This document shows positions 13,050-26,700 of a stretch of 64,000 bases of DNA, piece by piece. How positions within the stretch are numbered: the first letter of the stretch is position 1; every line of letters begins with the position of its first letter. The DNA lies in contig OY986948.1 of the NCBI GenBank assembly GCA_963920595.1, positions 62,001 through 126,000 on the forward strand. Reading direction: 5' to 3'. The notes beneath the pieces were generated by a model that saw only the letters and a program-made list of their open reading frames with translations, was not told the DNA's origin and did no database searches. The position numbers and the translations under genes are program-made. This DNA is from Eimeria praecox. Taxonomy: Eukaryota.

Positions 13050-16000
13050 CAACTTAACATTAGGCACATTGTGAGCTTCGATTTTATTGCAAACTCTATA
13101 TGGCTTATCCCCCTCTCAAAAGGCCACTGCTCTCTCACGACGTCACAGCCTTGCATTGCTGCTGCATCTGTGTTTGGGTCCGCAGCGGCGATTCTCTGCC
13201 TTCCACGTGCACCCTACATCGCCTGCGCCGCGCGCCACATTGACATTTGGTTATCCGCATGCAAATACGAGCAACCCGTTCACACTGGCCTGAGAGAGCG
13301 CTGCAGTAGGGCACACGGACCAAGTCTCGTCTGGTCGAAGACAAATATGGACGCGACGAGCCAAGAAGACTCCAATGTGCAGCAGCGTAATCACGAAGCG
13401 CCAGCGCTAAGCACCTATGCATCAATTGCATCTTTTGCCTGGCCGACCCCCCTCATGCAGTGCGCACTCGCTGTATGTCCCGTCATTGTGGAACCTGTGC
13501 TCATCGTGCTACACAGACACACCCTCCGCGCCCCCGTCACCCGTAAACCCTCTTCGGAGAAATCTACTGATATTAATCCTCCATCCCATTGCACCAACCA
13601 ATTCCTGTCTTGAGCAGGCAGCCAGCCTGCCGGCTCGCCGTTTGCGTGAGAAAGCGCATGCCATACGGTGTTACTAGCGCACCACAGTAATGCATCATCC
13701 GGACACGCACAACTGGTGAGGTCCAGCCAGTGCTATGCTATGCTTGTTCTTGCAGTGCCAAGGGAAGTGCATAAGGCTAGCAATGCGCTTGGAAACCGCC
13801 GCTGCAGGGCAGCTCGATGCTTCGAATACATATAGGTGTGTGAGTCGAGCCAAACTGTGCAAATCAAAATCCCGCCACATACGCACTTGCTGCGTCAGCA
13901 GTCAGCAACCATCTTCTGGCCCCGCAATACTTATACACCGTCTGGCTTTGCATGGCCTCTGCATGTGCTTGCAGATGCCCCACAATCACACCCAACTCCC
14001 AGCATTTACGACGCTTTCCTCAAGCACGATCGAGCGTCTGCCTATACGCTCGACAGCACTTCGCTTAACCTGGAATATTCGTCTAGAATTGAAAACGTCA
14101 CACCGCCAGGTTCACTGCATCGAACACTAACTGTATCACTTCTCTCGGCAACTAAGGAAACCGAACACTGTAGGCTGAATGCTCAAACGTTGAACTTGGT
14201 AAGCGGCTGTTTGCCGCAGACGATTGTACCTTTGCCCCCAACCCTGAGTTGCCTGCGTGCGAAACCTGTCATATACACACTGCCTGCATGCTCAATTGAT
14301 CCGCCCATAGTCACTGTTCTTCGAAAACGCATATGTAGGTCTTCTACTGCGTTGATGTTGCATTTGAGTGGTTCCGTGCCATTTCAGGGGACTGCCAGAC
14401 TCATGGCAAGCAGAAAAACCCTACACCCCCATCAAAGCCTTCAAGGCCTGGTGCTACCGCAGTACCACGCATTAACGCAGGTCTAGGGAGGATGGAGAAG
14501 GCTGCATGCGCCAAAAATCAGTTGTGCTCCTCAGAAGCCAAGGAAACCTATGACTCTCTGCTGCGTCATCAGAATTCGAAGTGGGTAGGCAGCTGTTTGC
14601 CAAGCAGCTGTTTCTTGGCATCTCAACGTAAGGTGCCAGTACCCCAATCGCCTGATATGCGCACTGGGCGGTCCGCATATATCGTCCTTCTAGTCCTGTG
14701 TGGAGCCTTGTGCATACTGGCTGCTGCACCATGTGACCAATGCGCGCTGGAGCTCAACATAAATAGTACTAGTAAAAACGACCACACGCTTGCAAAAGGA
14801 ATTCATATACTACACAGATTATGAGAGTGCACTGTGTCTGGTTCTACCAAAGCTTAAATATTCAACTTAACATTAGGCATATTGTGAGTTTGGGTCTTAC
14901 TGCAACCTCTATATGGCTTATCCCCCTCTCAAAAGGCCACTGCTCTCTCACGACGTCACAGCCTTGCATTGCTGCTGCATCTGTGTTTGGGTCCGCAGCG
15001 GCGATTCTCTGCCTTCCACGTGCACCCTACATCGCCTGCGCCGCGCGCCACATTGACATTTGGACATCCGCATGCAAACACAAGCAACCCGTTCACACTG
15101 TCCTGAGAGAGCGCTGCAGTAGGGCACACGGACCAAGTCTCGTCTGGTCGAAGCCAAATATGGGCGCGACGAACCAAGAAGACTCCAATGTGCAGAAGCG
15201 TAATCATGAAGCGCCAGCGCTAAGCGCCTATGCATCAATTGCATCTTTTGCCTGGCCGACCCGCCTCATGCAGTGCGCACTCGCTGTATGTCCCGTCATT
15301 GTGGAACCTGTGCTCATCGTGCTACACAGACACACCCTCCGCGCCCCCATCACCCGTACACCCTCTTCGGAGAAATCTACTGATATTAATCCTCCATCCC
15401 ATTGCACCGACCAATTCCTGTCTTGAGCAGGCAGCCAGCCTGCCGGCTCGCCGTTTGCGTGAGAAAGCGCATGCCATTTGGTGTTACTAGCGCACCACAG
15501 TAATGCATCATCCGGACACGCACAACTGGTGAGGTCCAGCCAGTGCTATGCTATGCTTGTTCTTGCAGTGCCAAGGGAAGTGCATAGGGCTAGCAATGCG
15601 CTTGGAAACCGCCGCTGCAGGGCAGCTCGATGCTTTGAATACATATAGGTGTGTGAGTCGAGCCAAACTGTGCAAATCAAAATCCCGCCACATACGCACT
15701 TGCTGCGTCAGCAGTCAGCAACCATCTTCTGGCCCCGCAATACTTATACACCGTCTGGCTTTGCATGGCTTTTGCATGTGCTTGCAGATGCCCCACAATC
15801 ACACCCAACTCCCAGCATTTACGACGCTTTCCTCAAGCACGATCGAGTGTCTGCCTATACGCTCGACAGCACTTCGCTTAACCTGGAATATTCGTCTAGA
15901 ATTGAAAACGTCACACCGCCAGGTTCACTGCATCGAACACTAACTGTATCACTTCTCTCGGCAACTAAGGAAACCGAACACTGTAGGCTGAATGCTCAAA

Positions 16001-19000
16001 CGTTGAACTTGGTAAGCGGCTGTTTGCCGCAGACGATTGTACCTTTGCCCCCAACCCTGAGTTGCCTGCGTGCGAAACCTGTCATATACACACTGCCTGC
16101 ATGCTCAATTGATCCGCCCATAGTCACTGTTCTTCGAAAACGCATATGTAGGTCTTCTACTGCGTTGATGTTGCATTTGAGTGGTTCCGTGCCATTTCAG
16201 GGGACTGCCAGACTCATGGCAAGCAGAAAAACCCTACACCCCCATCAAAGCCTTCAAGGCCTGGTGCTACCGCAGTACCACGCATTAACGCAGGTCTAGG
16301 GAGGATGGAGAAGGCTGCATGCGCCAAAAATCAGTTGTGCTCCTCAGAAGCCAAGGAAACCTATGACTCTCTGCTGCGTCATCAGAATTCGAAGTGGGTA
16401 GGCAGCTGTTTGCCAAGCAGCTGTTTCTTGGCATCTCAACGTAAGGTGCCAGTACCCCAATCGCCTGATATGCGCACTGGGCGGTCCGCATATATCGTCC
16501 TTCTAGTCCTGTGTGGAGCCTTGTGCATACTGGCTGCTGCACCATGTGACCAATGCGCGCTGGAGCTCAACATAAATAGTACTAGTAAAAACGACCACAC
16601 GCTTGCAAAAGGAATGCATATACTACACAGATTATGAGAGTGCACTGTGTCTGGTTCTACCAAAGCTTAAATATTCAACTTAACATTAGGCATATTGTGA
16701 GTTTGGGTCTTACTGCAACCTCTATATGGCTTATCCCCCTCTCAAAAGGCCACTGCTCTCTCACGACGTCACAGCCTTGCATTGCTGCTGCATCTGTGTT
16801 TGGGTCCGCAGCGGCGATTCTCTGCCTTCCACGTGCACCCTACATCGCCTGCGCCGCGCGCCACATTGACATTTGGACATCCGCATGCAAACACAAGCAA
16901 CCCGTTCACACTGTCCTGAGAGAGCGCTGCAGTAGGGCACACGGACCAAGTCTCGTCTGGTCGAAGCCAAATATGGGCGCGACGAACCAAGAAGACTCCA
17001 ATGTGCAGAAGCGTAATCATGAAGCGCCAGCGCTAAGCGCCTATGCATCAATTGCATCTTTTGCCTGGCCGACCCGCCTCATGCAGTGCGCACTCGCTGT
17101 ATGTCCCGTCATTGTGGAACCTGTGCTCATCGTGCTACACAGACACACCCTCCGCGCCCCCATCACCCGTACACCCTCTTCGGAGAAATCTACTGATATT
17201 AATCCTCCATCCCATTGCACCGACCAATTCCTGTCTTGAGCAGGCAGCCAGCCTGCCGGCTCGCCGTTTGCGTGAGAAAGCGCATGCCATTTGGTGTTAC
17301 TAGCGCACCACAGTAATGCATCATCCGGACACGCACAACTGGTGAGGTCCAGCCAGTGCTATGCTATGCTTGTTCTTGCAGTGCCAAGGGAAGTGCATAG
17401 GGCTAGCAATGCGCTTGGAAACCGCCGCTGCAGGGCAGCTCGATGCTTTGAATACATATAGGTGTGTGAGTCGAGCCAAACTGTGCAAATCAAAATCCCG
17501 CCACATACGCACTTGCTGCGTCAGCAGTCAGCAACCATCTTCTGGCCCCGCAATACTTATACACCGTCTGGCTTTGCATGGCTTTTGCATGTGCTTGCAG
17601 ATGCCCCACAATCACACCCAACTCCCAGCATTTACGACGCTTTCCTCAAGCACGACCCAATGTCTGCCTGGACGCTCGACAGCACTTCGCTTAACCTGGA
17701 ATATTCGTCTAGAATTGAAAACGTCACACCGCCAGGTTCACTGCATCGAACACTAACTGTATCACTTCTCTCGGCAACTAAGGAAACCGAACACTGTAGG
17801 CTGAATGCTCAAACGTTGAACTTGGTAAGCGGCTGTTTGCCGCAGACGATTGTACCTTTGCCCCCAACCCTGAGTTGCCTGCGTGCGAAACCTGTCATAT
17901 ACACACTGCCTGCATGCTCAATTGATCCGCCCATAGTCACTGTTCTTCGAAAACGCATATGTAGGTCTTCTACTGCGTTGATGCTGCACCTGAGTGGTTC
18001 CGTGCCATTTCAGGGGACTGCCAGACTCATGGCAAGCAGAAAAACCCTACACCCCCATCAAAGCCTTCAAGACCTGGTGCTACCGCAGTACCACGCATTA
18101 ACGCAGGTCTAGGGAGGATGGAGAAGGCTGCATGCGCCAAAAATCAGTTGTGCTCCTCAGAAGCCAAGGAAACCTATGACTCTCTGCTGCGTCATCAGAA
18201 TTCGAAGTGGGTAGGCAGCTGTTTGCCAAGCAGCTGTTTCTTGGCATCTCAACGTAAGGTGCCAGTACCCCAATCGCCTGATATGCGCACTGGGCGGTCC
18301 GCATATATCGTCCGTCTAGTCCTGTGTGGAGCCTTGTGCATACTGGCTGCTGCACCATGTGACCAATGCGCGCTGGAGCTCAACATAAATAGTACTAGTA
18401 AAAACGACCACACGCTTGCAAAAGGAATTCATATACTACACAGATTATGAGAGTGCACTGTGTCTGGTTCTACCAAAGCTTAAATATTCAACTTAACATT
18501 AGGCATATTGTGAGTTTGGGTCTTACTGCAACCTCTATATGGCTTATCCCCCTCTCAAAAGGCCACTGCTCTCTCACGACGTCACAGCCTTGCATTGCTG
18601 CTGCATCTGTGTTTGGGTCCGCAGCGGCGATTCTCTGCCTTCCACGTGCACCCTACATCGCCTGCGCCGCGCGCCACATTGACATTTGGACATCCGCATG
18701 CAAACACAAGCAACCCGTTCACACTGTCCTGAGAGAGCGCTGCAGTAGGGCACACGGACCAAGTCTCGTCTGGTCGAAGCCAAATATGGGCGCGACGAAC
18801 CAAGAAGACTCCAATGTGCAGCAGCGTAATCATGAAGCGCCAGCGCTAAGCACCTATGCATCAATTGCATCTTTTGCCTGGCCGACCCCCCTCATGCAGT
18901 GCGCCCTCGCTGTATGTCCCGTCATTGTGGAACCTGTGCTCATCGTGCTACACAGACACACCCTCCGCGCCCCCATCACCCGTACACCCTCTTCGGAGAA

Positions 19001-22000
19001 ATCTACTGATATTAATCCTCCATCCCACTGCACCAACCAATTCCTGTCTTGAGCAGGCAGCCAGCCTGCCGGCTCGCCGTTTGCGTGAGAAAGCGCATGC
19101 CATACGGTGTTACTAGCGCACCACAGTAATGCATCATCCGGACACGCACAACTGGTGAGGTCCAGCCAGTGCTATGCTATGCTTGTTCTTGCAGTGCCAA
19201 GGGAAGTGCATAGGGCTAGCAATGCGCTTGGAAACCGCCGCTGCAGGGCAGCTCGATGCTTTGAATACATATAGGTGTGTGAGTCGAGCCAAACTGTGCA
19301 AATCAAAATCCCGCCACATACGCACTTGCTGCGTCAGCAGTCAGCAACCATCTTCTGGCCCCGCAATACTTATACACCGTCTGGCTTTGCATGGCTTTTG
19401 CATGTGCTTGCAGATGCCCCACAATCACACCCAACTCCCAGCATTTACGACGCTTTCCTCAAGCACGACCCAGTGTCTGCCTGGACGCTCGACAGCACTT
19501 CGCTTAACCTGGAATATTCGTCTAGAATTGAAAACGTCACACCGCCAGGTTCACTGCATCGAACACTAACTGTATCACTTCTCTCGGCAACTAAGGAAAC
19601 CGAACACTGTAGGCTGAATGCTCAAACGTTGAACTTGGTAAGCGGCTGTTTGCCGCAGACGATTGTACCTTTGCCCCCAACCCTGAGTTGCCTGCGTGCG
19701 AAACCTGTCATATACACACTGCCTGCATGCTCAATTGATCCGCCCATAGTCACTGTTCTTCGAAAACGCATATGTAGGTCTTCTACTGCGTTGATGCTGC
19801 ACCTGAGTGGTTCCGTGCCATTTCAGGGGACTGCCAGACTCATGGCAAGCAGAAAAACCCTACACCCCCATCAAAGCCTTCAAGACCTGGTGCTACCGCA
19901 GTACCACGCATTAACGCAGGTCTAGGGAGGATGGAGAAGGCTGCATGCGCCAAAAATCAGTTGTGCTCCTCAGAAGCCAAGGAAACCTATGACTCTCTGC
20001 TGCGTCATCAGAATTCGAAGTGGGTAGGCAGCTGTTTGCCAAGCAGCTGTTTCTTGGCATCTCAACGTAAGGTGCCAGTACCCCAATCGCCTGATATGCG
20101 CACTGGGCGGTCCGCATATATCGTCCGTCTAGTCCTGTGTGGAGCCTTGTGCATACTGGCTGCTGCACCATGTGACCAATGCGCGCTGGAGCTCAACATA
20201 AATAGTACTAGTAAAAACGACCACACGCTTGCAAAAGGAATTCATATACTACACAGATTATGAGAGTGCACTGTGTCTGGTTCTACCAAAGCTTAAATAT
20301 TCAACTTAACATTAGGCATATTGTGAGTTTGGGTCTTACTGCAACCTCTATATGGCTTATCCCCCTCTCAAAAGGCCACTGCTCTCTCACGACGTCACAG
20401 CCTTGCATTGCTGCTGCATCTGTGTTTGGGTCCGCAGCGGCGATTCTCTGCCTTCCACGTGCACCCTACATCGCCTGCGCCGCGCGCCACATTGACATTT
20501 GGACATCCGCATGCAAACACAAGCAACCCGTTCACACTGTCCTGAGAGAGCGCTGCAGTAGGGCACACGGACCAAGTCTCGTCTGGTCGAAGCCAAATAT
20601 GGGCGCGACGAACCAAGAAGACTCCAATGTGCAGCAGCGTAATCATGAAGCGCCAGCGCTAAGCACCTATGCATCAATTGCATCTTTTGCCTGGCCGACC
20701 CCCCTCATGCAGTGCGCCCTCGCTGTATGTCCCGTCATTGTGGAACCTGTGCTCATCGTGCTACACAGACACACCCTCCGCGCCCCCATCACCCGTACAC
20801 CCTCTTCGGAGAAATCTACTGATATTAATCCTCCATCCCACTGCACCAACCAATTCCTGTCTTGAGCAGGCAGCCAGCCTGCCGGCTCGCCGTTTGCGTG
20901 AGAAAGCGCATGCCATACGGTGTTACTAGCGCACCACAGTAATGCATCATCCGGACACGCACAACTGGTGAGGTCCAGCCAGTGCTATGCTATGCTTGTT
21001 CTTGCAGTGCCAAGGGAAGTGCATAGGGCTAGCAATGCGCTTGGAAACCGCCGCTGCAGGGCAGCTCGATGCTTTGAATACATATAGGTGTGTGAGTCGA
21101 GCCAAACTGTGCAAATCAAAATCCCGCCACATACGCACTTGCTGCGTCAGCAGTCAGCAACCATCTTCTGGCCCCGCAATACTTATACACCGTCTGGCTT
21201 TGCATGGCTTTTGCATGTGCTTGCAGATGCCCCACAATCACACCCAACTCCCAGCATTTACGACGCTTTCCTCAAGCACGACCCAGTGTCTGCCTGGACG
21301 CTCGACAGCACTTCGCTTAACCTGGAATATTCGTCTAGAATTGAAAACGTCACACCGCCAGGTTCACTGCATCGAACACTAACTGTATCACTTCTCTCGG
21401 CAACTAAGGAAACCGAACACTGTAGGCTGAATGCTCAAACGTTGAACTTGGTAAGCGGCTGTTTGCCGCAGACGATTGTACCTTTGCCCCCAACCCTGAG
21501 TTGCCTGCGTGCGAAACCTGTCATATACACACTGCCTGCATGCTCAATTGATCCGCCCATAGTCACTGTTCTTCGAAAACGCATATGTAGGTCTTCTACT
21601 GCGTTGATGCTGCACCTGAGTGGTTCCGTGCCATTTCAGGGGACTGCCAGACTCATGGCAAGCAGAAAAACCCTACACCCCCATCAAACCCTTCAAGACC
21701 TGGTGCTACCGCAGTACCACGCATTAACGCAGGTCTAGGGAGGATGGAGAAGGCTGCATGCGCCAAAAATCAGTTGTGCTCCTCAGAAGCCAAGGAAGCC
21801 TATGACTCTCTGCTGCGTCATCAGAATTCGAAGTGGGTAGGCAGCTGTTTGCCAAGCAGCTGTTTCTTGGCATCTCAACGTAAGGTGCCAGTACCCCAAT
21901 CGCCTGATATGCGCACTGGGCGGTCCGCATATATCGTCCGTCTAGTCCTGTGTGGAGCATTGTGCATACTGGCTGCTGCACCATGTGACCAATGCGCGCT

Positions 22001-23730
22001 GGAGCTCAACATAAATAGTACTAGTAAAAACGACCACACGCTTGCAAAAGGAATTCATATACTACACAGATTATGAGAGTGCACTGTGTCTGGTTCTACC
22101 AAAGCTTAAATATTCAACTTAACATTAGGCATATTGTGAGTTTGGGTCTTACTGCAACCTCTATATGGCTTATCCCCCTCTCAAAAGGCCACTGCTCTCT
22201 CACGACGTCACAGCCTTGCATTGCTGCTGCATCTGTGTTTGGGTCCGCAGCGGCGATTCTCTGCCTTCCACGTGCACCCTACATCGCCTGCGCCGCGCGC
22301 CACATTGACATTTGGACATCCGCATGCAAACACAAGCAACCCGTTCACACTGTCCTGAGAGAGCGCTGCAGTAGGGCACACGGACCAAGTCTCGTCTGGT
22401 CGAAGCCAAATATGGGCGCGACGAACCAAGAAGACTCCAATGTGCAGCAGCGTAATCATGAAGCGCCAGCGCTAAGCACCTATGCATCAATTGCATGTTT
22501 TGCCTGGCCGACCCCCCTCATGCAGTGCGCCCTCGCTGTATGTCCCGTCATTGTGGAACCTGTGCTCATCGTGCTACACAGACACACCCTCCGCGCCCCC
22601 ATCACCCGTACACCCTCTTCGGAGAAATCTACTGATATTAATCCTCCATCCCATTGCGCCAACCAATTCCTGTCTTGAACAGGCAGCCAGCCTGCTAGCT
22701 CGCCGTCTGCGTGAGAAAGCGCATGCCATTTGGTGTTACTAGCGCACCACAGTAATGCATCATCCGGACACGCACAACTGGTGAGGTCCAGCCAGTGCTA
22801 TGCTATGCTTGTTCTTGCAGTGCCAAGGGAAGTGCATAGGGCTAGCAATGCGCTTGGAAACCGCCGCTGCAGGGCAGCTCGATGCTTTGAATACATATAG
22901 GTGTGTGAGTCGAGCCAAACTGTGCAAATCAAAGGCCCCCCCAATGTCCACTTTCTACGTTAGCGGCCAGCAGGCGTCTGCTGGCTCCGCAATGCTTGTA
23001 CGCCTTCTGGCTTTGCATGGCTTTTGCATGTGCTTGCAAATGCCCCACAGTCACACCCAACTCCCAGCCGTTACCACCCTTTCCTCCAGCACGATCCAGT
23101 GTCTGCCTGGACGCTCGACAGCACTTCGCTTAACCTGGAATATTCGTCTAGAATTGAAAACGTCACACCGCCAGGTTCACTGCATCGAACACTAACTGTA
23201 TCACTTCTCTCGGCAACTAAGGAAACCGAACACTGTAGGCTGAATGCTCAAACGTTGAACTTGGTAAGCGGCTGTTTGCCGCAGACGATTGTACCTTTGC
23301 CCCCAACCCTGAGTTGCCTGCGTGCGAAACCTGTCATATACACACTGCCTGCATGCTCAATTGATCCGCCCATAGTCACTGTTCTTGGAAAACGCATATG
23401 TAGGTCTTCTACTGCGTTGATGCTGCACCTGAGTGGTTCCGTGCCATTTCAGGGGACTGCCAGACTCATGGCAAGCAGAAAAACCCTACACCCCCATCAA
23501 ACCCTTCAAGACCTGGTGCTACCGCAGTACCACGCATTAACGCAGGTCTAGGGAGGATGGAGAAGGCTGCATGCGCCAAAAATCAGTTGTGCTCCTCAGA
23601 AGCCAAGGAAACCTATGACTCTCTGCTGCGTCATCAGAGTTCGAAGTGGGTAGGCAGCTGTTTGCCAAGCAACTGTTTCTTGGCATCTCAACGTAATGTG
23701 CCAGTACCCCAATCGCCTGATATGCGCACT
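13050..23730 (+). repeat. Homogeneous 1813-bp sub-array 2 (about 6 copies)
   Basis: The 201-aa ORF recurs at 14821, 16634, 18447, 20260 and 22073, an exact 1813 spacing. Confidence 0.97.
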
Positions 23731-26700
23731 GGCTGGTCCCGCAAATATCGTCCGTCTAGTCCTGTGTGGAGCCTTGTGCATGCAGGCGGCTAATGCATGG
23801 GGTGTGATTCACACTGGAGTTCATTATTAAAAATGCTAACAACAGTAATTGTCGGGGAACGCGTGTATTAGAAAATGGTGGTTTCGGGTCTCGCAGGTTT
23901 TATACACTCACGGAGGCACAGTGGGTGAAGGATGGCGCACTACGGCGGCTGGCTGCTCTAACCAGAATACAACGCCATCAACTGGACCAAACAATCGAAA
24001 CGGATTGGTGGCAAAAGGACGAACCCGCCGGAAGCTTTTGTAGCACCCGTCATCGATACAATGACAGAAAGCACGAACAAGGCTGCATATGCAAGAGCCT
24101 AATTTAGTTGAAGGGCTAAGGGAGTCGAATACTGTTGGCTGAGTGACACTAAGGGAACCGAACAATGTCGGCTGAATGATTAAACGCTGAACTTGGTAAA
24201 TGGCTCTTTGCCACATGAGATTGTGTCTTCGCCTCCAAACCTGATTTGCTTACGCGGGAAATCCGTCATATACGCACTGGCTGCAAGCTCAGTTAGTCCA
24301 TCCATACTCACTGCTTTTGGAAAACCCGTATGCATGTCCTATACTGCATTGATGTTCCATCTGAGTGTATCCGCGCCAGTGCGGGCGACTGTCGGGCTCT
24401 GGACAAGCAGCAACCCCCCCATAAATACGTCAAAGAGCTAACTCGATATCCCCATCAAAGGCATTAAGACCTGGTGTTCCCGTAGTATGGCGCATTGATG
24501 TAGGACTAGGGAGGTTGGACAAGACTCCGCGCTCCAAAAGCCAGTTGTGATCAGAAACCGAAGAAAATTATAGTCGGCTGCTTGCTCAAAGGTCAAAGTG
24601 AGTAGGTGGCTGTTATTCGTGCTAGTGTTCCACCCCCCACCACCCCCCCCCCTTTGTACCTTGCCGGTACCCCAATCGCCTCATGTGCGCACCGGCTGCG
24701 TCATGTATATATCGTCATTCTGCTCGTCAGTGTAGTCTCGCGCATACTGGCTGTAAACCTTGGGATGTAACCCATTCTGGAGATCGAGGTATGCGGCTAG
24801 CAAAAGCAGGCCTGCTTTTGTAATAGTAATCCACAGACTACACCGTCCATTAGAGCATGGTGTTCTTGGTTATAGTAAATTTTATACACTCGTTTGAGCA
24901 TAATAACTGAATGCTGGCGCACTATGCCGGCTATCGGCTCCAACCAACATACAACACCACCATCACGCACGCCAAACTCCAAACGGGCCAGAGCGTCAGC
25001 CCTTTCTCCACAAGGCATTTTTGTTATATCTGTCGTTAGCATAATAATAGGGAGCATGGAAAACGCTGATTGAGCTTCTGAGGAGCCAGGGAACCTGAAT
25101 ATTGTCTACTTAGTGCTAAAAGGAACTTGGTAAGCCGCTGTTTGCCAGATGATATTGTGCCTTCGCCACCAGACCAAACTTGTCCAAGTGTGAAATCCAT
25201 CATATACACACTGGCTAGACGTTCAGTTGATCCATCCATACTCACTGTGTTTGAACTACCATCTGCAGGTTCTGCGCTGGTGTTGCATCTGACTGTTGGC
25301 TTGGGGGTGCGGATGACTGCCTGCTCACAAACAAACAGGCAGACCCCCATAAATACTTCAAACTGCCACCTCGATACTCCCATTAAAGGCTTTAACACCT
25401 CGTGTTTGGTCTTTCCCTATCTTCCCACATTAACGCAGGACTACGCAGGATGGACAAGGCTACATGCGCCAAAGGCTGCATGTGCCAAAAATCAGTTGTG
25501 CTCCTCAGAAGCCAAGGAAACCTATGACTCTCTTCTGCGTCTTCAGAGTTCGAAGTGGGTAGGCGCCTGTTTGCCAAGCAACTGTTTCTTGGCATCTCAA
25601 CGTAAGGTGCCAGTACCCCAATCGCCTAATATGCGCACTGGGTGGTCCCGCATATATCGTTCGTCTAGTCCTGTGTGGAGCCTTGTGCATACTGGCTGCC
25701 ACAACATGTGCCCAATGCGCGCTGAAGCTCAGCATAAACAGTAAAGGCCCAACGCTTCAAACGTAATTCATATACTACACAGATTATGAGAGTGCACTGT
25801 GTCTGGTTCTACCAAAGCTTAAATATTCAACTTAACATTAGGCATATTGTGAGTTTGGGTCTTACTGCAACCTCTATATGGCTTATCCCCCTCTCAAAAG
25901 GCCACTGCTCTCTCACGACGTCACGGCCTTGCATTGCTGCTGCATCTGTGTTTGGGTCCGCAGCGGCGATTCCCTGCCTTCCACATGCACCATACACCGT
26001 CTGGGCCGTGTGCCACTTTGTGTTTTGGACATCCGCATGGAAATACCAGCTAACCGCTCGCACTATTCCTTTGCCCCTCAGCACAAGCTGCCGGTGCCCT
26101 AACTCGCTGATATCCGCACTGGCTGACCCATGCATTTATCGTTCGTCTAGTCATGTGTGGAGCCTTGTGCACACTGGCTTCCACACCGTGGGACCAATGC
26201 GCGCTGGAGCTCAACATAAACAGTGAAGGCCCAACGCTTGCAAAAGGAATTCATATACTACACAGATTATGAGAGTGCACTGTGTCTGGTTCTACCAAAG
26301 CTTAAATATTCAACTTAACATTAGGCACATTGTGCGTTTGGGTCTTACTGCAACCTCTATATGGCTTATCCCCCTCTCAAAAGGCCACTGCTCTCTCACG
26401 ACGTCACAGCCTTGCATTGCTGCTGCATCTGTGTTTCGATCCGCAGCGGCGATTCCCTGCTTTCCACGTGCACCCTACATCGCCTGCGCCGCGCGCCACA
26501 TTGACATTTGGGCATCCGCATGCAAATACGAGCAACCCGTTTACACTGTTTTGAGAGAGCGCTGCAGCAGGGCATACGGACCAAGTCTCGTCTGGTCGAA
26601 GCCAAATATGGACGCGACGAGCCAAGATGACTCCAATGTGCGGCAGCGTAATCATGAAGCGCCAGTGCTAAGCACCTATGCATCAATTGCATCTTTTGCC

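Larger units (their letters stand above)
6270..13250 (+). repeat. Higher-order duplicated block, copy 1
   Basis: ORFs at 6898, 7249, 8468, 9127, 10791, 12122 and 13071 recur at 23557, 23908, 25127, 25786, 27451, 28782 and 29730 (offset 16659-16660). Edges are ambiguous because the flanks are also repeat. Confidence 0.93.
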
